Below are positions 43,308-52,110 of a stretch of 64,000 nucleotides of DNA, in pieces. The stretch lies in contig CAVZYA010000001.1 of NCBI GenBank assembly GCA_963779415.1, forward strand, positions 1,696,001 to 1,760,000, read 5' to 3'. The DNA comes from an uncultured Acidobacteriota bacterium (GTDB lineage Bacteria > Acidobacteriota > Thermoanaerobaculia > UBA5066). Both the position numbers and the translations under genes were made by a program. Below the pieces are notes generated by a model. It did not search any database, had not been told where the DNA came from, and was given only the letters and a program-made list of their open reading frames with translations. Numbering within the stretch: position 1 is the first letter of the stretch; every line of letters starts with the position of its first letter.

Positions 43308-44852
43308 TCAGAACGCCTGGCTCGAGGCGAACGAGACGAGCCAGCCGGTCCGTCCGAGCGGATCGGGATTGAAGGCTCGCGCGACGTCGAGGCGGAGGAG
43401 CGACATCTGCGACGCGCGCGTCAACCCGAATCGGAGGCCGACACCGGCGTCCGCGAGCCGCCAGGTCCCGTCCGGCGGGCCCCACGACACCCCGGTGTCG
43501 AAGAAGACCGCCGCTCCGATCGAGACGAGATGCAGGAGATCGCGGAAATAGACCTTGCGCAGCTCGAAGTTCCCGACGAGGTGGCCGGTCGCCGAGACGG
43601 CGTGGAGGCGGTAGGCCCGGACGCCCGTCTCTCCGTCGAGATAGATCTGGAACTCCGGGTCGAGGCGCCAGCCCGAGACGACGCCGATCCGGGCGACGAG
43701 CGTGCCGTCGGGAATCTGAAGGATGGCACGGAGGTCGAGGTTCACGATCGCGTTCTGGGGGCCGTTCTCGTAACGCGTCTCGGCGCTCACCGTCGCCAGC
43801 GAGAAGCCGTGCGGAAGGAGCGTTCCCATCGCGCCGCGCAGCGTCATCCGGGCGGCGCCCGTCGCGCCGAAGACCTGCGGGGAGAGGCCAAGCTGGATCT
43901 GCCCCACCGGTGCGAGGTTGAAGTCCTCGACCCGGTCGATCCTGTCGACGTCCATCCGTTGAATCCATCCCAGGGCCTCCCGCTCGACTCCCGTGCCGAT
44001 GAAGAAAAAGCGGCGCGGGAGCGAGGGCGGAGGCGGCGGCGGCCCGAAAGGCCCGGCCGTGACGGTCGTGTCGTTGAACTCCAAGAAACCGAGAACCCGG
44101 TTCGCCGTGGTCTCCGAGAGGGAGACCCGGAGCCCCCCGTCGGCGCGAAGGAACTCCCGGCGCTCCGAATAGATCGCCGCCTCCTCGCCCCCGGCGTAGA
44201 TCTTCGGCTCGAAGCGGGCCTGCTGGAGATCCGTCCCCCACGCCCACTTCGTGTCGAGCGCGTAGAAGGGTCGGTTCAGACCCGCTTCATAGTACGTACC
44301 GTCCGAGAGGTTCGAGTAGACGAGCTTCAGGAGGGTGTACGGCTCGAGGAAGGCCGGGTCCGCGAAAGTGAACGACCGCGAGGTTCTTTCCGTCCCCTTG
44401 TCGTACAGGAACTTCAGCTGGCGTCCCGTGCCGAGGAGGTTCGCCTCCTCCACGCCGACCTGATAGGACGTGAAGCCCCCCTTGCTGGAGTAGGCCCCTC
44501 GAAGAAGGAGCGTCCATGTGTCGCCGGTCTCGACGATGACCTTCGTCCCTTCGTACCGGACGACGACGAAGCGAAAGAGACCCGTGGCACGGAGGTTCCG
44601 CTCCGTCTCGGCGAATTTTTCCGGGTCGATCGGATCGCCGACGTCAAAGAGGAGGAACTTCCGGATCAGACTCTTCCGGCTGACGGCATGGAGGGCGTTC
44701 GCGAGGCCGTACGGGAAGAACGAAGCCGCCGCTTCGGTGGGGCTGAAGACGTTGTCCGACCGGATCTCGATCTCGGTGATCCGGGCCGGCTCTCCGAAAG
44801 CCGCCCGGGCGAGGAGGAGGGCGATCAGCGCCGCTCCCGAGCGAGCCCTCAC
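43308..44852 (-). CDS. Omp85/BamA-TamA family outer-membrane protein (single POTRA)
   Basis: Signal peptide, ETERNLR..GLF, NLLGTG, LDGETGVRAY, ADAGVGLRF, terminal F. Confidence 0.8.
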   Translation of the reverse strand: MRARSGAALIALLLARAAFGEPARITEIEIRSDNVFSPTEAAASFFPYGLANALHAVSRKSLIRKFLLFDVGDPIDPEKFAETERNLRATGLFRFVVVRYEGTKVIVETGDTWTLLLRGAYSSKGGFTSYQVGVEEANLLGTGRQLKFLYDKGTERTSRSFTFADPAFLEPYTLLKLVYSNLSDGTYYEAGLNRPFYALDTKWAWGTDLQQARFEPKIYAGGEEAAIYSERREFLRADGGLRVSLSETTANRVLGFLEFNDTTVTAGPFGPPPPPPSLPRRFFFIGTGVEREALGWIQRMDVDRIDRVEDFNLAPVGQIQLGLSPQVFGATGAARMTLRGAMGTLLPHGFSLATVSAETRYENGPQNAIVNLDLRAILQIPDGTLVARIGVVSGWRLDPEFQIYLDGETGVRAYRLHAVSATGHLVGNFELRKVYFRDLLHLVSIGAAVFFDTGVSWGPPDGTWRLADAGVGLRFGLTRASQMSLLRLDVARAFNPDPLGRTGWLVSFASSQAF

Positions 44853-45442
44853 GGGCGGCGGGGATCCCAGAGCGTCTCGCCGTCGCCGCGCGACCGAGCG
44901 ACCCAGCGCGAGAGGACGAAGAGGAGATCCGAGAGACGGTTCAGGTAGGGGAGGCAGTGCTCGCCGATCGCCTCCTGCCGCGCGAGCGTCGTCACGGAGC
45001 GCTCCGCCCGCCGGCAGACGGTCCGGGCCTGATGCAGGAAGGCCCCCACCGGGCCCCCGCCGGGAAGAACGAAGGACGTCAGTTCGGGGAGCCCTTCGTT
45101 GAACGCGTCGATCTCCGACTCGATCCCGGCGACGTGGCGCGCCTCGACGACCGGCTGGTTCGGATGGCGGTCGCCGGGAAGGGTCGCGAGGTCGGAGCCG
45201 AGGTTGAAGAGGTCGTTCTGGAGCCGGTCGAGAAGCGCGTCGAGGCGCGCCCTCCCGGCCTCCTCCCCGCCCGGCGTGACGCGATTGGCGACCCGCACGA
45301 GGCCGAGAACGGCGTTCAGCTCGTCCACCGTTCCGTAGCTCTCGATCCGGATCGAGTCTTTCGCGATCCGTTGTCCCCCCACGAGGCTCGTCTCCCCGCG
45401 GTCGCCCCCTCGCGTATAGACGCGGTTGATCCGGATCGGCAT
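44849..45442 (-). CDS. PduO-type cob(I)alamin adenosyltransferase
   Basis: YTRGGDRGET, YGTVDELN, FVLPGG, RTVCRRAER, YLNRLSD. Confidence 0.93.
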   Translation of the reverse strand: MPIRINRVYTRGGDRGETSLVGGQRIAKDSIRIESYGTVDELNAVLGLVRVANRVTPGGEEAGRARLDALLDRLQNDLFNLGSDLATLPGDRHPNQPVVEARHVAGIESEIDAFNEGLPELTSFVLPGGGPVGAFLHQARTVCRRAERSVTTLARQEAIGEHCLPYLNRLSDLLFVLSRWVARSRGDGETLWDPRRP

Positions 45443-45485
45443 CCTCGGCGCTCTCCCTCAGGCCGGCAGCTTACACTCCGTCGTC

Positions 45486-46307
45486 ATGCCTCCGGCGGAT
45501 TACGGGACCGACTATCACCTCCACACGGCGCGGTGCGGCCACGCGGGGGGAACGATGCGCGAGTTCGTCGAGTCCGCTCTCGCGAACGGCCTCGCCGAGA
45601 TCGCCTTCACCGACCACAGCCCGCTCTATTTCCTCCCGGGCGAGGACCCCGATCCGAATCTCGCGATGACGCGCTCCGAACTGCCGGGGTACGTGGAGGA
45701 GGTGCGCACGCTCCGCGACGAGTACCACGGGCGGATCGACGTCCTCCTCGGCCTCGAGGCCGACTACGCCGAAGGGCACGAAGCGGCCCTCCGGGAGATT
45801 CTCGAGGCGTACGACTGGGACGTCGTCCTCGGCTCGGTCCACTGGGTGGCCGGGGGCTGGATCGACGCGCCCGGCTCCGCGACACGCCACCGGGACGAAG
45901 GGACCGTCTTCCTCTGGTGGGAATACTGGCGTCTCGTCGCGAAGGCCTGTGGGACAGGGCTCTTCGACGTCATCTCCCACTTCGATCTCCCGAAGAAATT
46001 CGGGAACCGGATGCCGGAGTCGCTCCGGGGGGCCGAGGACCGCGCCGTGGAGGCGGCACGGAAGGCGCGCGTCGCGGTCGAGGTCTCGAGCGCCGGTCTC
46101 CGGAAGCCCGTCGGCGAGGAATACCCGGCCCCGGACCTTCTCCGGCGGCTCGTGGCCGCCGGCGTTCCGATCGTCTTCTCCTCCGACGCCCACGCCCCGG
46201 CCGAGGTCGCCTGGGGCCGGAGCCGCATCGTCGAGGCCGCCCTTCAGGCCGGCGCCACCGAGCAGCTCTCCTTCCGCCGCCGGAAGCCGCGGCCGCACCC
46301 GATCTGA
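45486..46307 (+). CDS. PHP-family histidinol-phosphatase (HisJ-like)
   Basis: DYHLHT..CGHA, FTDH, GLEAD, GSVH, HFDLPKKF, SDAH. Confidence 0.88.
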   Translation: MPPADYGTDYHLHTARCGHAGGTMREFVESALANGLAEIAFTDHSPLYFLPGEDPDPNLAMTRSELPGYVEEVRTLRDEYHGRIDVLLGLEADYAEGHEAALREILEAYDWDVVLGSVHWVAGGWIDAPGSATRHRDEGTVFLWWEYWRLVAKACGTGLFDVISHFDLPKKFGNRMPESLRGAEDRAVEAARKARVAVEVSSAGLRKPVGEEYPAPDLLRRLVAAGVPIVFSSDAHAPAEVAWGRSRIVEAALQAGATEQLSFRRRKPRPHPI

Positions 46308-46311
46308 GCGG

Positions 46312-46752
46312 TCAGCGCGCGGTCGATTCGCCCGCCGCGCCCTCCAGCTCGACCGCGAAGGAAGGCGTCACACGGAGCGTGAGCGAAACGAGCTGGCAGC
46401 GCCACCCTTCGCGCGCGATCCGCGCCGCCACCCGGTCCCAGATCCAGCGGGCGAGGTTCTCCGCCGTCGGGACGGTCCGCGCGAACTCGGGGATCTCGGC
46501 GTTGAGGTGGCGGTGGTCCAGCGGCCGGTCGACTTCCTCCTTCAGGATCCGGTCGAGGTCGGACAGATTCACGATCATCCCGTCCTCGGCGTCGACGGGG
46601 CCCGCGACGGAGACCTCGAGCACGTAGTTGTGCCCGTAGCCCGACGGGCTCGTGGCATCTCCGTACGTCTCGCGGTTCCACGCCTCGCTCTTCTCCGGAT
46701 TCCAGAGACGGTGAGCCGCGTTGAAGTGGATGGTCCGGGAAAGAGAGATCAA
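46312..46752 (-). CDS. PTPS/QueD-fold protein with degenerate active site
   Basis: FNAAHRL, GHNY, GMIVN, LDHRHLN, PTAENLA. Confidence 0.8.
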   Translation of the reverse strand: MISLSRTIHFNAAHRLWNPEKSEAWNRETYGDATSPSGYGHNYVLEVSVAGPVDAEDGMIVNLSDLDRILKEEVDRPLDHRHLNAEIPEFARTVPTAENLARWIWDRVAARIAREGWRCQLVSLTLRVTPSFAVELEGAAGESTAR

Positions 46753-46759
46753 GACTCTC

Positions 46760-47227
46760 TTATTTCACTCCGACCAGCTCGACATCGAAGATCAGCGTCG
46801 CGTTCGGCGGGATGACGCCGCCGGCGCCGCGGGCGCCATAGCCGAGGTCGGGCGGGATCAGCAGCGTGCGCTTGCCGCCGACCTTCATCGTGGCGACGCC
46901 CTCGTCCCATCCCTTGATGACGCGCCCCATCCCGAGAGGGAACTCGAAGGGCTTTCCGCGGTCGAAGGAGCTGTCGAACTTCGCCCCCTTCGCCCCGTTC
47001 ACCCAGAGCCAGCCCGTGTAGTGCATGACGCAGGTCTGGCCCGCCTTCGGCGACGCGCCCGTGCCGACTTTCGTCTCCTCGTACTGGAGGCCGGAGGGGG
47101 TCTTGACCATCTTCGACTCCTTCTTCTCCGCCGCGGCCGGCGGGGCGGCCTTCTCTTCGGCGGGCGCGGGCGCGGTCCAGAGGACGGCGACGGCCGGGAG
47201 GAGAAGGAGAGAGGCGTGCTTTTTCAT
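46760..47227 (-). CDS. Exported FKBP-type peptidyl-prolyl isomerase
   Basis: Signal peptide, HYTGWL, FDSS.DR, VIKGWDEG, IPPNATLIFDVEL. Confidence 0.95.
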   Translation of the reverse strand: MKKHASLLLLPAVAVLWTAPAPAEEKAAPPAAAEKKESKMVKTPSGLQYEETKVGTGASPKAGQTCVMHYTGWLWVNGAKGAKFDSSFDRGKPFEFPLGMGRVIKGWDEGVATMKVGGKRTLLIPPDLGYGARGAGGVIPPNATLIFDVELVGVK

Positions 47228-47279
47228 CTTCCGGAAGCTTCCTTTCGTCGGTTTCGGCCCCGGGGGGCCGACGCGGAGT

Positions 47280-48623
47280 CTAACGCGCCCGCGCCGGAAT
47301 CCCGGCGACGACCCGGGCCACCTCCCCGGCGAGCTGCCCGGGGACGACCTCCTGAAGCTCGTACCGGACGCGAACGGACGGCTTCGACATCGTGACGACG
47401 CGTGCAAGGTCGATCGGTGTCCCGACGACGACGACGTCGCACGGCGTCCGCGCGATCGTCTCGGAAAGCTCTTCGACCTGCGTCGGACCGTAGCCCATCG
47501 CCGGGAGGATCCCGGCCGCGTTCGGGTACTTCCGGAAGGTCGACTCGATCGAGCCGACCGCGAAGGGGCGCGGGTCGACGATCTCCGCCGCTCCCGCGTT
47601 CTTCGCCGCGACGAGCCCGGCCCCGAAGCTCATGCCGCCGTGCGTGAGCGTCGGGCCGTCCTCGACGACGAGGGCCCTCCGGTTCCGCACGAGCTCCGGA
47701 TGCTCGCAGACGACCGGCGAGTTGCACCGGAGCACGCGTGCCTTCGGGTTCAGCCGCGCGGCCGCCGTCTCGACGAGGTGGATGTTCCCGGCGTCGGCCG
47801 TGTCGCACTTCCCGACGAGGATGAGGTCGGCGCGGCGGAAGTTCGCCTCGCCCGGGTGATAGCCGGTCTCGTGCCCGGGGCGGTGCGGGTCCGCCATGCA
47901 GATGTGGAGGGCGGGCTCGTAGAACGGGAGGTCGTTGTTGCCGCCGTCCCAGAGGATGACGTCGGCCTCGGCCTCCGCGCTCCGGAGGATCCGCTCGTAA
48001 TCGACCCCGGCGTAGACGACGAAGCCGTTGTCGAGGAGCGGCTCGTACTCCTCGCGCTCCTCGATCGTGCACTTCTCCCGGTCGAGGTCGGCGTACGCGG
48101 CGAAACGCTGGCAGGCCTGTGCCGCGAGGTCCCCGTAAGGCATCGGGTGGCGCACGGCGACGGCCCGAACCCCCAGCTCCTTGAGGAGCCGCGAAAGGTA
48201 GCGCGTCGTCTGGCTCTTCCCGGCGCCCGTCCGGACGGCGGTCACGGCGATGACCGGGACCTTCGCCTTCAGCATGGTGCGCGACGCGCCGAGAAGTGTG
48301 AAGTCCGCCCCCGCGGCGACGACGAGCGAGGCGAGGTGCATGACGGTCGCGTGGGCGACGTCGGAGTAGGAGAAGACGCAGAGGTCGATCTTCTCGTCGC
48401 GGATCAGGCGTGGAAGCTCCTCTTCGGGAAAGATCGGGATCCCGTCCGGGTAGAGCGGACCTGCGAGCGCGGCCGGATAGCGACGCCCTTCGATCCCCGG
48501 AATCTGGGTCGCCGTGAAGGCGACGACCCGGAGCGCCGGGTCGTCTCGGAAGACCGTGTTGAAGTCGTGGAAGTCGCGTCCGGCCGCACCGAGAATGACG
48601 ACTCGCCGCTGGGAACGCAGCAT
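47280..48623 (-). CDS. COG2403 P-loop NTPase (often labelled cyclic 2,3-diphosphoglycerate synthase; arginine synthetase ArcE-like subtype)
   Basis: ILGAAGRDFH, QIP.I.GR.YP, RTGAGKS, RHPMPYG, EEREEYE, WDGGNND, EDGPT.THGGM. Confidence 0.8.
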   Translation of the reverse strand: MLRSQRRVVILGAAGRDFHDFNTVFRDDPALRVVAFTATQIPGIEGRRYPAALAGPLYPDGIPIFPEEELPRLIRDEKIDLCVFSYSDVAHATVMHLASLVVAAGADFTLLGASRTMLKAKVPVIAVTAVRTGAGKSQTTRYLSRLLKELGVRAVAVRHPMPYGDLAAQACQRFAAYADLDREKCTIEEREEYEPLLDNGFVVYAGVDYERILRSAEAEADVILWDGGNNDLPFYEPALHICMADPHRPGHETGYHPGEANFRRADLILVGKCDTADAGNIHLVETAAARLNPKARVLRCNSPVVCEHPELVRNRRALVVEDGPTLTHGGMSFGAGLVAAKNAGAAEIVDPRPFAVGSIESTFRKYPNAAGILPAMGYGPTQVEELSETIARTPCDVVVVGTPIDLARVVTMSKPSVRVRYELQEVVPGQLAGEVARVVAGIPARAR

Positions 48624-48699
48624 GGAAGCCCCCCGCGGCGCTGATTCTAGGGAGAAGCCCTCGGCAAGACTCTGATTCGGATGCCTCAGGGCGCGGAAG

Positions 48700-48854
48700 T
48701 TTCATCGCTCATGAGACGGTGACTTCGTAGGGCTCATGAGAAAGGGACCCACCCCCCGCAGGTCGTCGGAAATCGTCGATCCTACGGAGGGAAGGCCGCG
48801 AGGGGGTCGATTCTTCGTGATCGCGAGGGGGTCAGTCTTTCATGAGCGCGGGCA
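48700..48854. mobile_element. MITE-like remnant with IS21-family-type termini
   Basis: Left end TTTCATCGCTCATGAG..GCTCATGAG (25-bp period); inverted right end TGCCCGCGCTCATGAAAGACTGACCCCC..GACCCCC (25-bp period); no ORF. Confidence 0.55.
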
Positions 48855-48865
48855 CCTGATCCTAA

Positions 48866-49075
48866 TCACCCTTTTTCGATCATCGACCGGGGCGCCGCGT
48901 TGACGGCCGTCGACGCGGGAAATGCCGACGCGACGTCCGGGTCGAAAACCATGGCGATGACGCCCTTCGTCATGCGCGCCGCGAAGCGGTTTCGCCGCGA
49001 CTTCGCATAGTCGAAGCGGTACTCTGTGCGGAGTCCGGATGTCCCGACCTGCCTTCCAGCGCTGGCCTTCTTCGT
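48866..49075 (-). pseudogene. BrnA-like antitoxin, ATG apparently mutated to ACG
   Basis: LRTEYRFDYAKSRRNRFA, DPDVA..F....AVN.A. Confidence 0.7.
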
Positions 49076-49341
49076 AGTCGTGTCGTTCGCTCTTCGTGGC
49101 GCGGTGCGCGCTGAAAGATTCTGACGGATTCGCCGCGCTCCGCGAACGATACGACCAGGAGCTGTCGGCGCTGCGAGTGCCCCACGAGGATCTCCCGCGA
49201 TTCGCCGTCGGCGTGTGCGGGGTCGTCGAAGATCCGGCCCAGCGGATCGGCGAACGCCGTCAGGGCTTCGCCGAAGGAGACGCCATGCTTCGCGCGGTTC
49301 CTTCGCGCCTTCTCGCGGTTCCACTCGAAGATGAGCGACAT
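49060..49341 (-). pseudogene. BrnT family toxin, frameshifted at about 49115
   Basis: FEWN.EKA..N..KHGVSF.EA..AF.DP, LLVVSF.ER; SA.RATKSER..YEEG continues in the shifted frame. Confidence 0.8.
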
Positions 49342-49416
49342 CGGCGGTTCCTGGAGGCTACAGCATGAGGCGACCGGCCGAGCCCCCCGTCTGCGCCGTC
49401 AGACCGGTCACGAAGA

Positions 49417-49500
49417 GCCCCCGCCGGCGGCGCGAAGAGCCGCGAGGTCCTCGTTACCCCCGACGAGTTCGACCAGATCGACCGGAACCGGAGGGCGTGA
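49417..49500 (+). pseudogene. Possible fragment of an ftsK 3' end
   Basis: Reads APAGGAKSREVLVTPDEFDQIDRNRRA*, resembling the FtsK-gamma tail GPADGSKPREVL. Confidence 0.4.
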
Positions 49501-49536
49501 CGGGAGGGCACCGCGCGCCCCGGCGTTACGGAGGGC

Positions 49537-49587
49537 GGATCCAAATCTCCTGATCGCTACCGGATCACTTTCTCATGAGCGGTGACA
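49537..49587 (-). mobile_element. Isolated IS21-family-type terminus
   Basis: Minus strand TGTCACCGCTCATGAGAAAGTGATCCGGTAGCGATCAGGAGATTTGGATCC; 49568-49580 is a perfect 13-nt inverted match to 48732-48744. Confidence 0.6.
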
Positions 49588-49787
49588 GCGTGCGCGACAG
49601 TATGTTCCCAAGCGGAGACGCCCCCTGGTACGAGCCGTGCTGAGCGCCCGGCCCCTTCTCCCCGCCAGGCCGGAGCGCGCAGGGGGCGCCGACTCTTGGG
49701 TCGTGCTCTTCGAGCTGGATCACTGGGACGACGCCGGTTACATCACCACGGCGTCGCGGGCACGACCGCAAGCAGACTATAGATATG

Positions 49788-49838
49788 AGACCTGACCCTT
49801 AGCCCTTACCCTTAGCCCTTCTTAGCCCTTTCTTAACC
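49788..49838 (-). repeat. Degenerate (CTAAGGG)n tandem stutter abutting GGGTCAGGTCT
   Basis: Minus strand GGTTAAG AAAGGG CTAAG AAGGG CTAAGGG TAAGGG CTAAGGG TCAGGTCT. Confidence 0.85.
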
Positions 49839-49920
49839 GAAACGCGCGGCCGATCCGCTGGTCCTACTCCGATCCGTCTCACAGAATCCAACCCGCTTCC
49901 GCTTCTTCACGTACGAGCCA

Positions 49921-51561
49921 CTAGAGGAGGCGCTTAGCGAGCAGCATGCCCGCCGCGGCGAGCACCAGGGCGAGGAGCGCCAGAGACCTCCCGTCGAGGG
50001 TCGGGACCACAGTGGGGATCCCGGGGGTCACGGTGGGTGTCGGTGTCGGCCCCCCCTGGCAAATCGCCTCGTAGTCGATGGTGTCGCTGAAGACGTTCGA
50101 TTCCGTTCCACCCGACGTTTTGAGCTTGGCGTAGACGGTCTTCAGGCCGAATCCCGCCGACAGAGTCCAGTTCTTCGTCGCCGCGTACGGCTCGTAGACC
50201 GCGCCCGCGAAAAATGGGTCTTCGGAGATGATCATCTGCGTGATCGAGGGGTCCCCGAAGTTGTTGATCGAGAGCACGACATTCGCCGAGGTTGTGCAGG
50301 CCGCACCATCGTTGATGCTGATACCGCCCTGCGGCGGCGGGGTCCCCGAGGCGTAGAAGGCATACAGCCCGCCCCCGTCCAGCATCGCGAACACCCAACC
50401 GTCGGATATGGCGGGTGAGCAGGTATCGAAACCCTGAGTGTCCGCGGAAAACGTCGCGTACTCCGCCAGCACCTGGCCTGCCGAGCCGCTTCCGGCGGCG
50501 CCGACCACCTTCAGCTTCTGCGTTGTGCCCGCGCCGACGAACACCTTGTCGCCAGCGACGGAAGGCGAAGAGTAGTCGCGGCCCCCTGAGTCGCCGAGCT
50601 GAACCGAAGGGAAGCCAGTGAGCGTCGCGCCCGTGTTCTCGTCGAAGGCGTACAGGCGGCCGTCCCACCCGTACGTATACACGGCGCCGCCAGAGACGGC
50701 CGGGGAGCCGGAGTACGTGCTATCTCCCCCGTCAGGCTTGGACCACGCGAGAGTCCCATCGGAGAGCCTGTACACGTAGAGCTGATCGGCCTTGAAGAAG
50801 ATGAGGCCATCGACGACCGTCAAGCTCGAGACGCTCGACGCCGTCGAGATCGGGAAGCCGCCTACGACGACCTCGGCGCCGGTCGCCTTGTCATACTTGC
50901 GAATCGTGCTCGCCCCCGAGTTCGAGTACAGAAAGGATCCGGAGAGCGCCGGCTGGGTGTCGCTACCGGGGCATGGTACGGAATACTGCTGCACCCCCGC
51001 GGAGTTGTACTTCAGGAGGTTTCCGCCCGCCTTCACGTAGACGAAGCCTCCGTCGAGGAGGGGCCCTTCGTCATAGTTATACCCCAGGCTGCCAACGTTG
51101 GCGGTCCAGGCCGAACTCCCGTTCAGGTTGAACGCGAAGAGCGTCGAGCCGCCTCCCAGGGCGTAGATCTTGCCGTTCGCCACATCCACGGCGGGCGTGC
51201 CGTAGGTGGCCCCGATTGTTACCGGGAAGCCGGGTACGGCGACTCCCGTGGCGACCGTGAAGGCATACAGTTGGCCGGTGGTGGCCGCCATATACGCGAT
51301 GCCCCCGGCGACGACAACGCCGTTCTCCTCGACGAGAGGTGCCGTCGTATGCCAGCCGAGCGTCAGCGGAAGGTTGATCGTCTCCGATGACGCGGCAGCA
51401 TTCGAAGGCGTATTGCGCCACGTCGGCCAGTCGGCGCCAAAGGCGGCCGAGGTAGCGAACGCCATGCAGGTAACGAGGAAAGCAACGCAAGCGAGGCCCA
51501 GGAAGCCATTACGGTTGCTTTCCGGCGGCTGATTCGTAGTGAATCGAACTGTCCGTTCCAT
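49921..51561 (-). CDS. Secreted PQQ/BamB-like beta-propeller protein with IPTL-CTERM-like sorting tail
   Basis: GAGGAGG RBS, signal peptide, ADWPTWR, repeated SPAV..G.VY...DG.LYA.D, PT linker, VPTL + TM helix + KR. Confidence 0.85.
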   Translation of the reverse strand: MERTVRFTTNQPPESNRNGFLGLACVAFLVTCMAFATSAAFGADWPTWRNTPSNAAASSETINLPLTLGWHTTAPLVEENGVVVAGGIAYMAATTGQLYAFTVATGVAVPGFPVTIGATYGTPAVDVANGKIYALGGGSTLFAFNLNGSSAWTANVGSLGYNYDEGPLLDGGFVYVKAGGNLLKYNSAGVQQYSVPCPGSDTQPALSGSFLYSNSGASTIRKYDKATGAEVVVGGFPISTASSVSSLTVVDGLIFFKADQLYVYRLSDGTLAWSKPDGGDSTYSGSPAVSGGAVYTYGWDGRLYAFDENTGATLTGFPSVQLGDSGGRDYSSPSVAGDKVFVGAGTTQKLKVVGAAGSGSAGQVLAEYATFSADTQGFDTCSPAISDGWVFAMLDGGGLYAFYASGTPPPQGGISINDGAACTTSANVVLSINNFGDPSITQMIISEDPFFAGAVYEPYAATKNWTLSAGFGLKTVYAKLKTSGGTESNVFSDTIDYEAICQGGPTPTPTVTPGIPTVVPTLDGRSLALLALVLAAAGMLLAKRLL

Positions 51562-51831
51562 GCGGGTCCTCCTCAAGAAAGAAGCCAGCATCGGGGTGGT
51601 GCGCTTCTGGCATACCGCCACCGATGAATTCCAGGGCCGTGTTTTTGTCGCCTCCAGCTAAATCATCGGGGATTCTGTTACATTTCAAGAGCATGTCAAG
51701 TGGTCTTAGCAGAAATCAGCGGACAGATCCGTAGCAGCCGTCGCGCTGTGGACAAGTGGAAATGGGTGCCCTGGGTTCCTCCGGCGGTAGATTTGAGGTG
51801 AGAACAACAAGTCTGCCGAAAGGAGGGAACC

Positions 51832-51921
51832 GTGAGCACGCGCGAAAAGCTCATCAGGGCCCGGATGGGGATGCTGGCGCTGGCCGAAGAGCTCTCGAAC
51901 GTGTCGAGAGCGTGCCGAAGG
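51832..51921 (+). mobile_element. IS481-family transposase 5' fragment
   Basis: AGGAGG RBS inside a hairpin (51774-51831), then MSTREKLIRARMGMLALAEELSNVSRACR, truncated. Confidence 0.7.
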
Positions 51922-52110
51922 GCCCTCCCGCCGGGTAGTCAGCCCGGGTGAGCTGGTATAGGGGGTCGAAGTAATACTTCGAAAGCGCCCCGTTCAGCCC
52001 CTGCGGCGGGACAGTCGCGGTCATTGACGTCCGTTGCCCGAGCATCGTGCTCTGGCCCGTCTGGTTGTTGACGTCGTAGCCGTAGGCGAAGCTCGCCAGG
52101 GTCGTTCCGG
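51922..52110 (-). pseudogene. RHS/YD-repeat protein internal fragment
   Basis: GTTLASFAYGYD...GQRTSMT...YYFDPLYQLTRADYP. Confidence 0.7.

Noticed and set aside
49600-49787. Short reading frames next to the AGACCTGACCC motif as a RAYT remnant
   Set aside because: No HUH or other recognisable motif in any frame I read; left unannotated.
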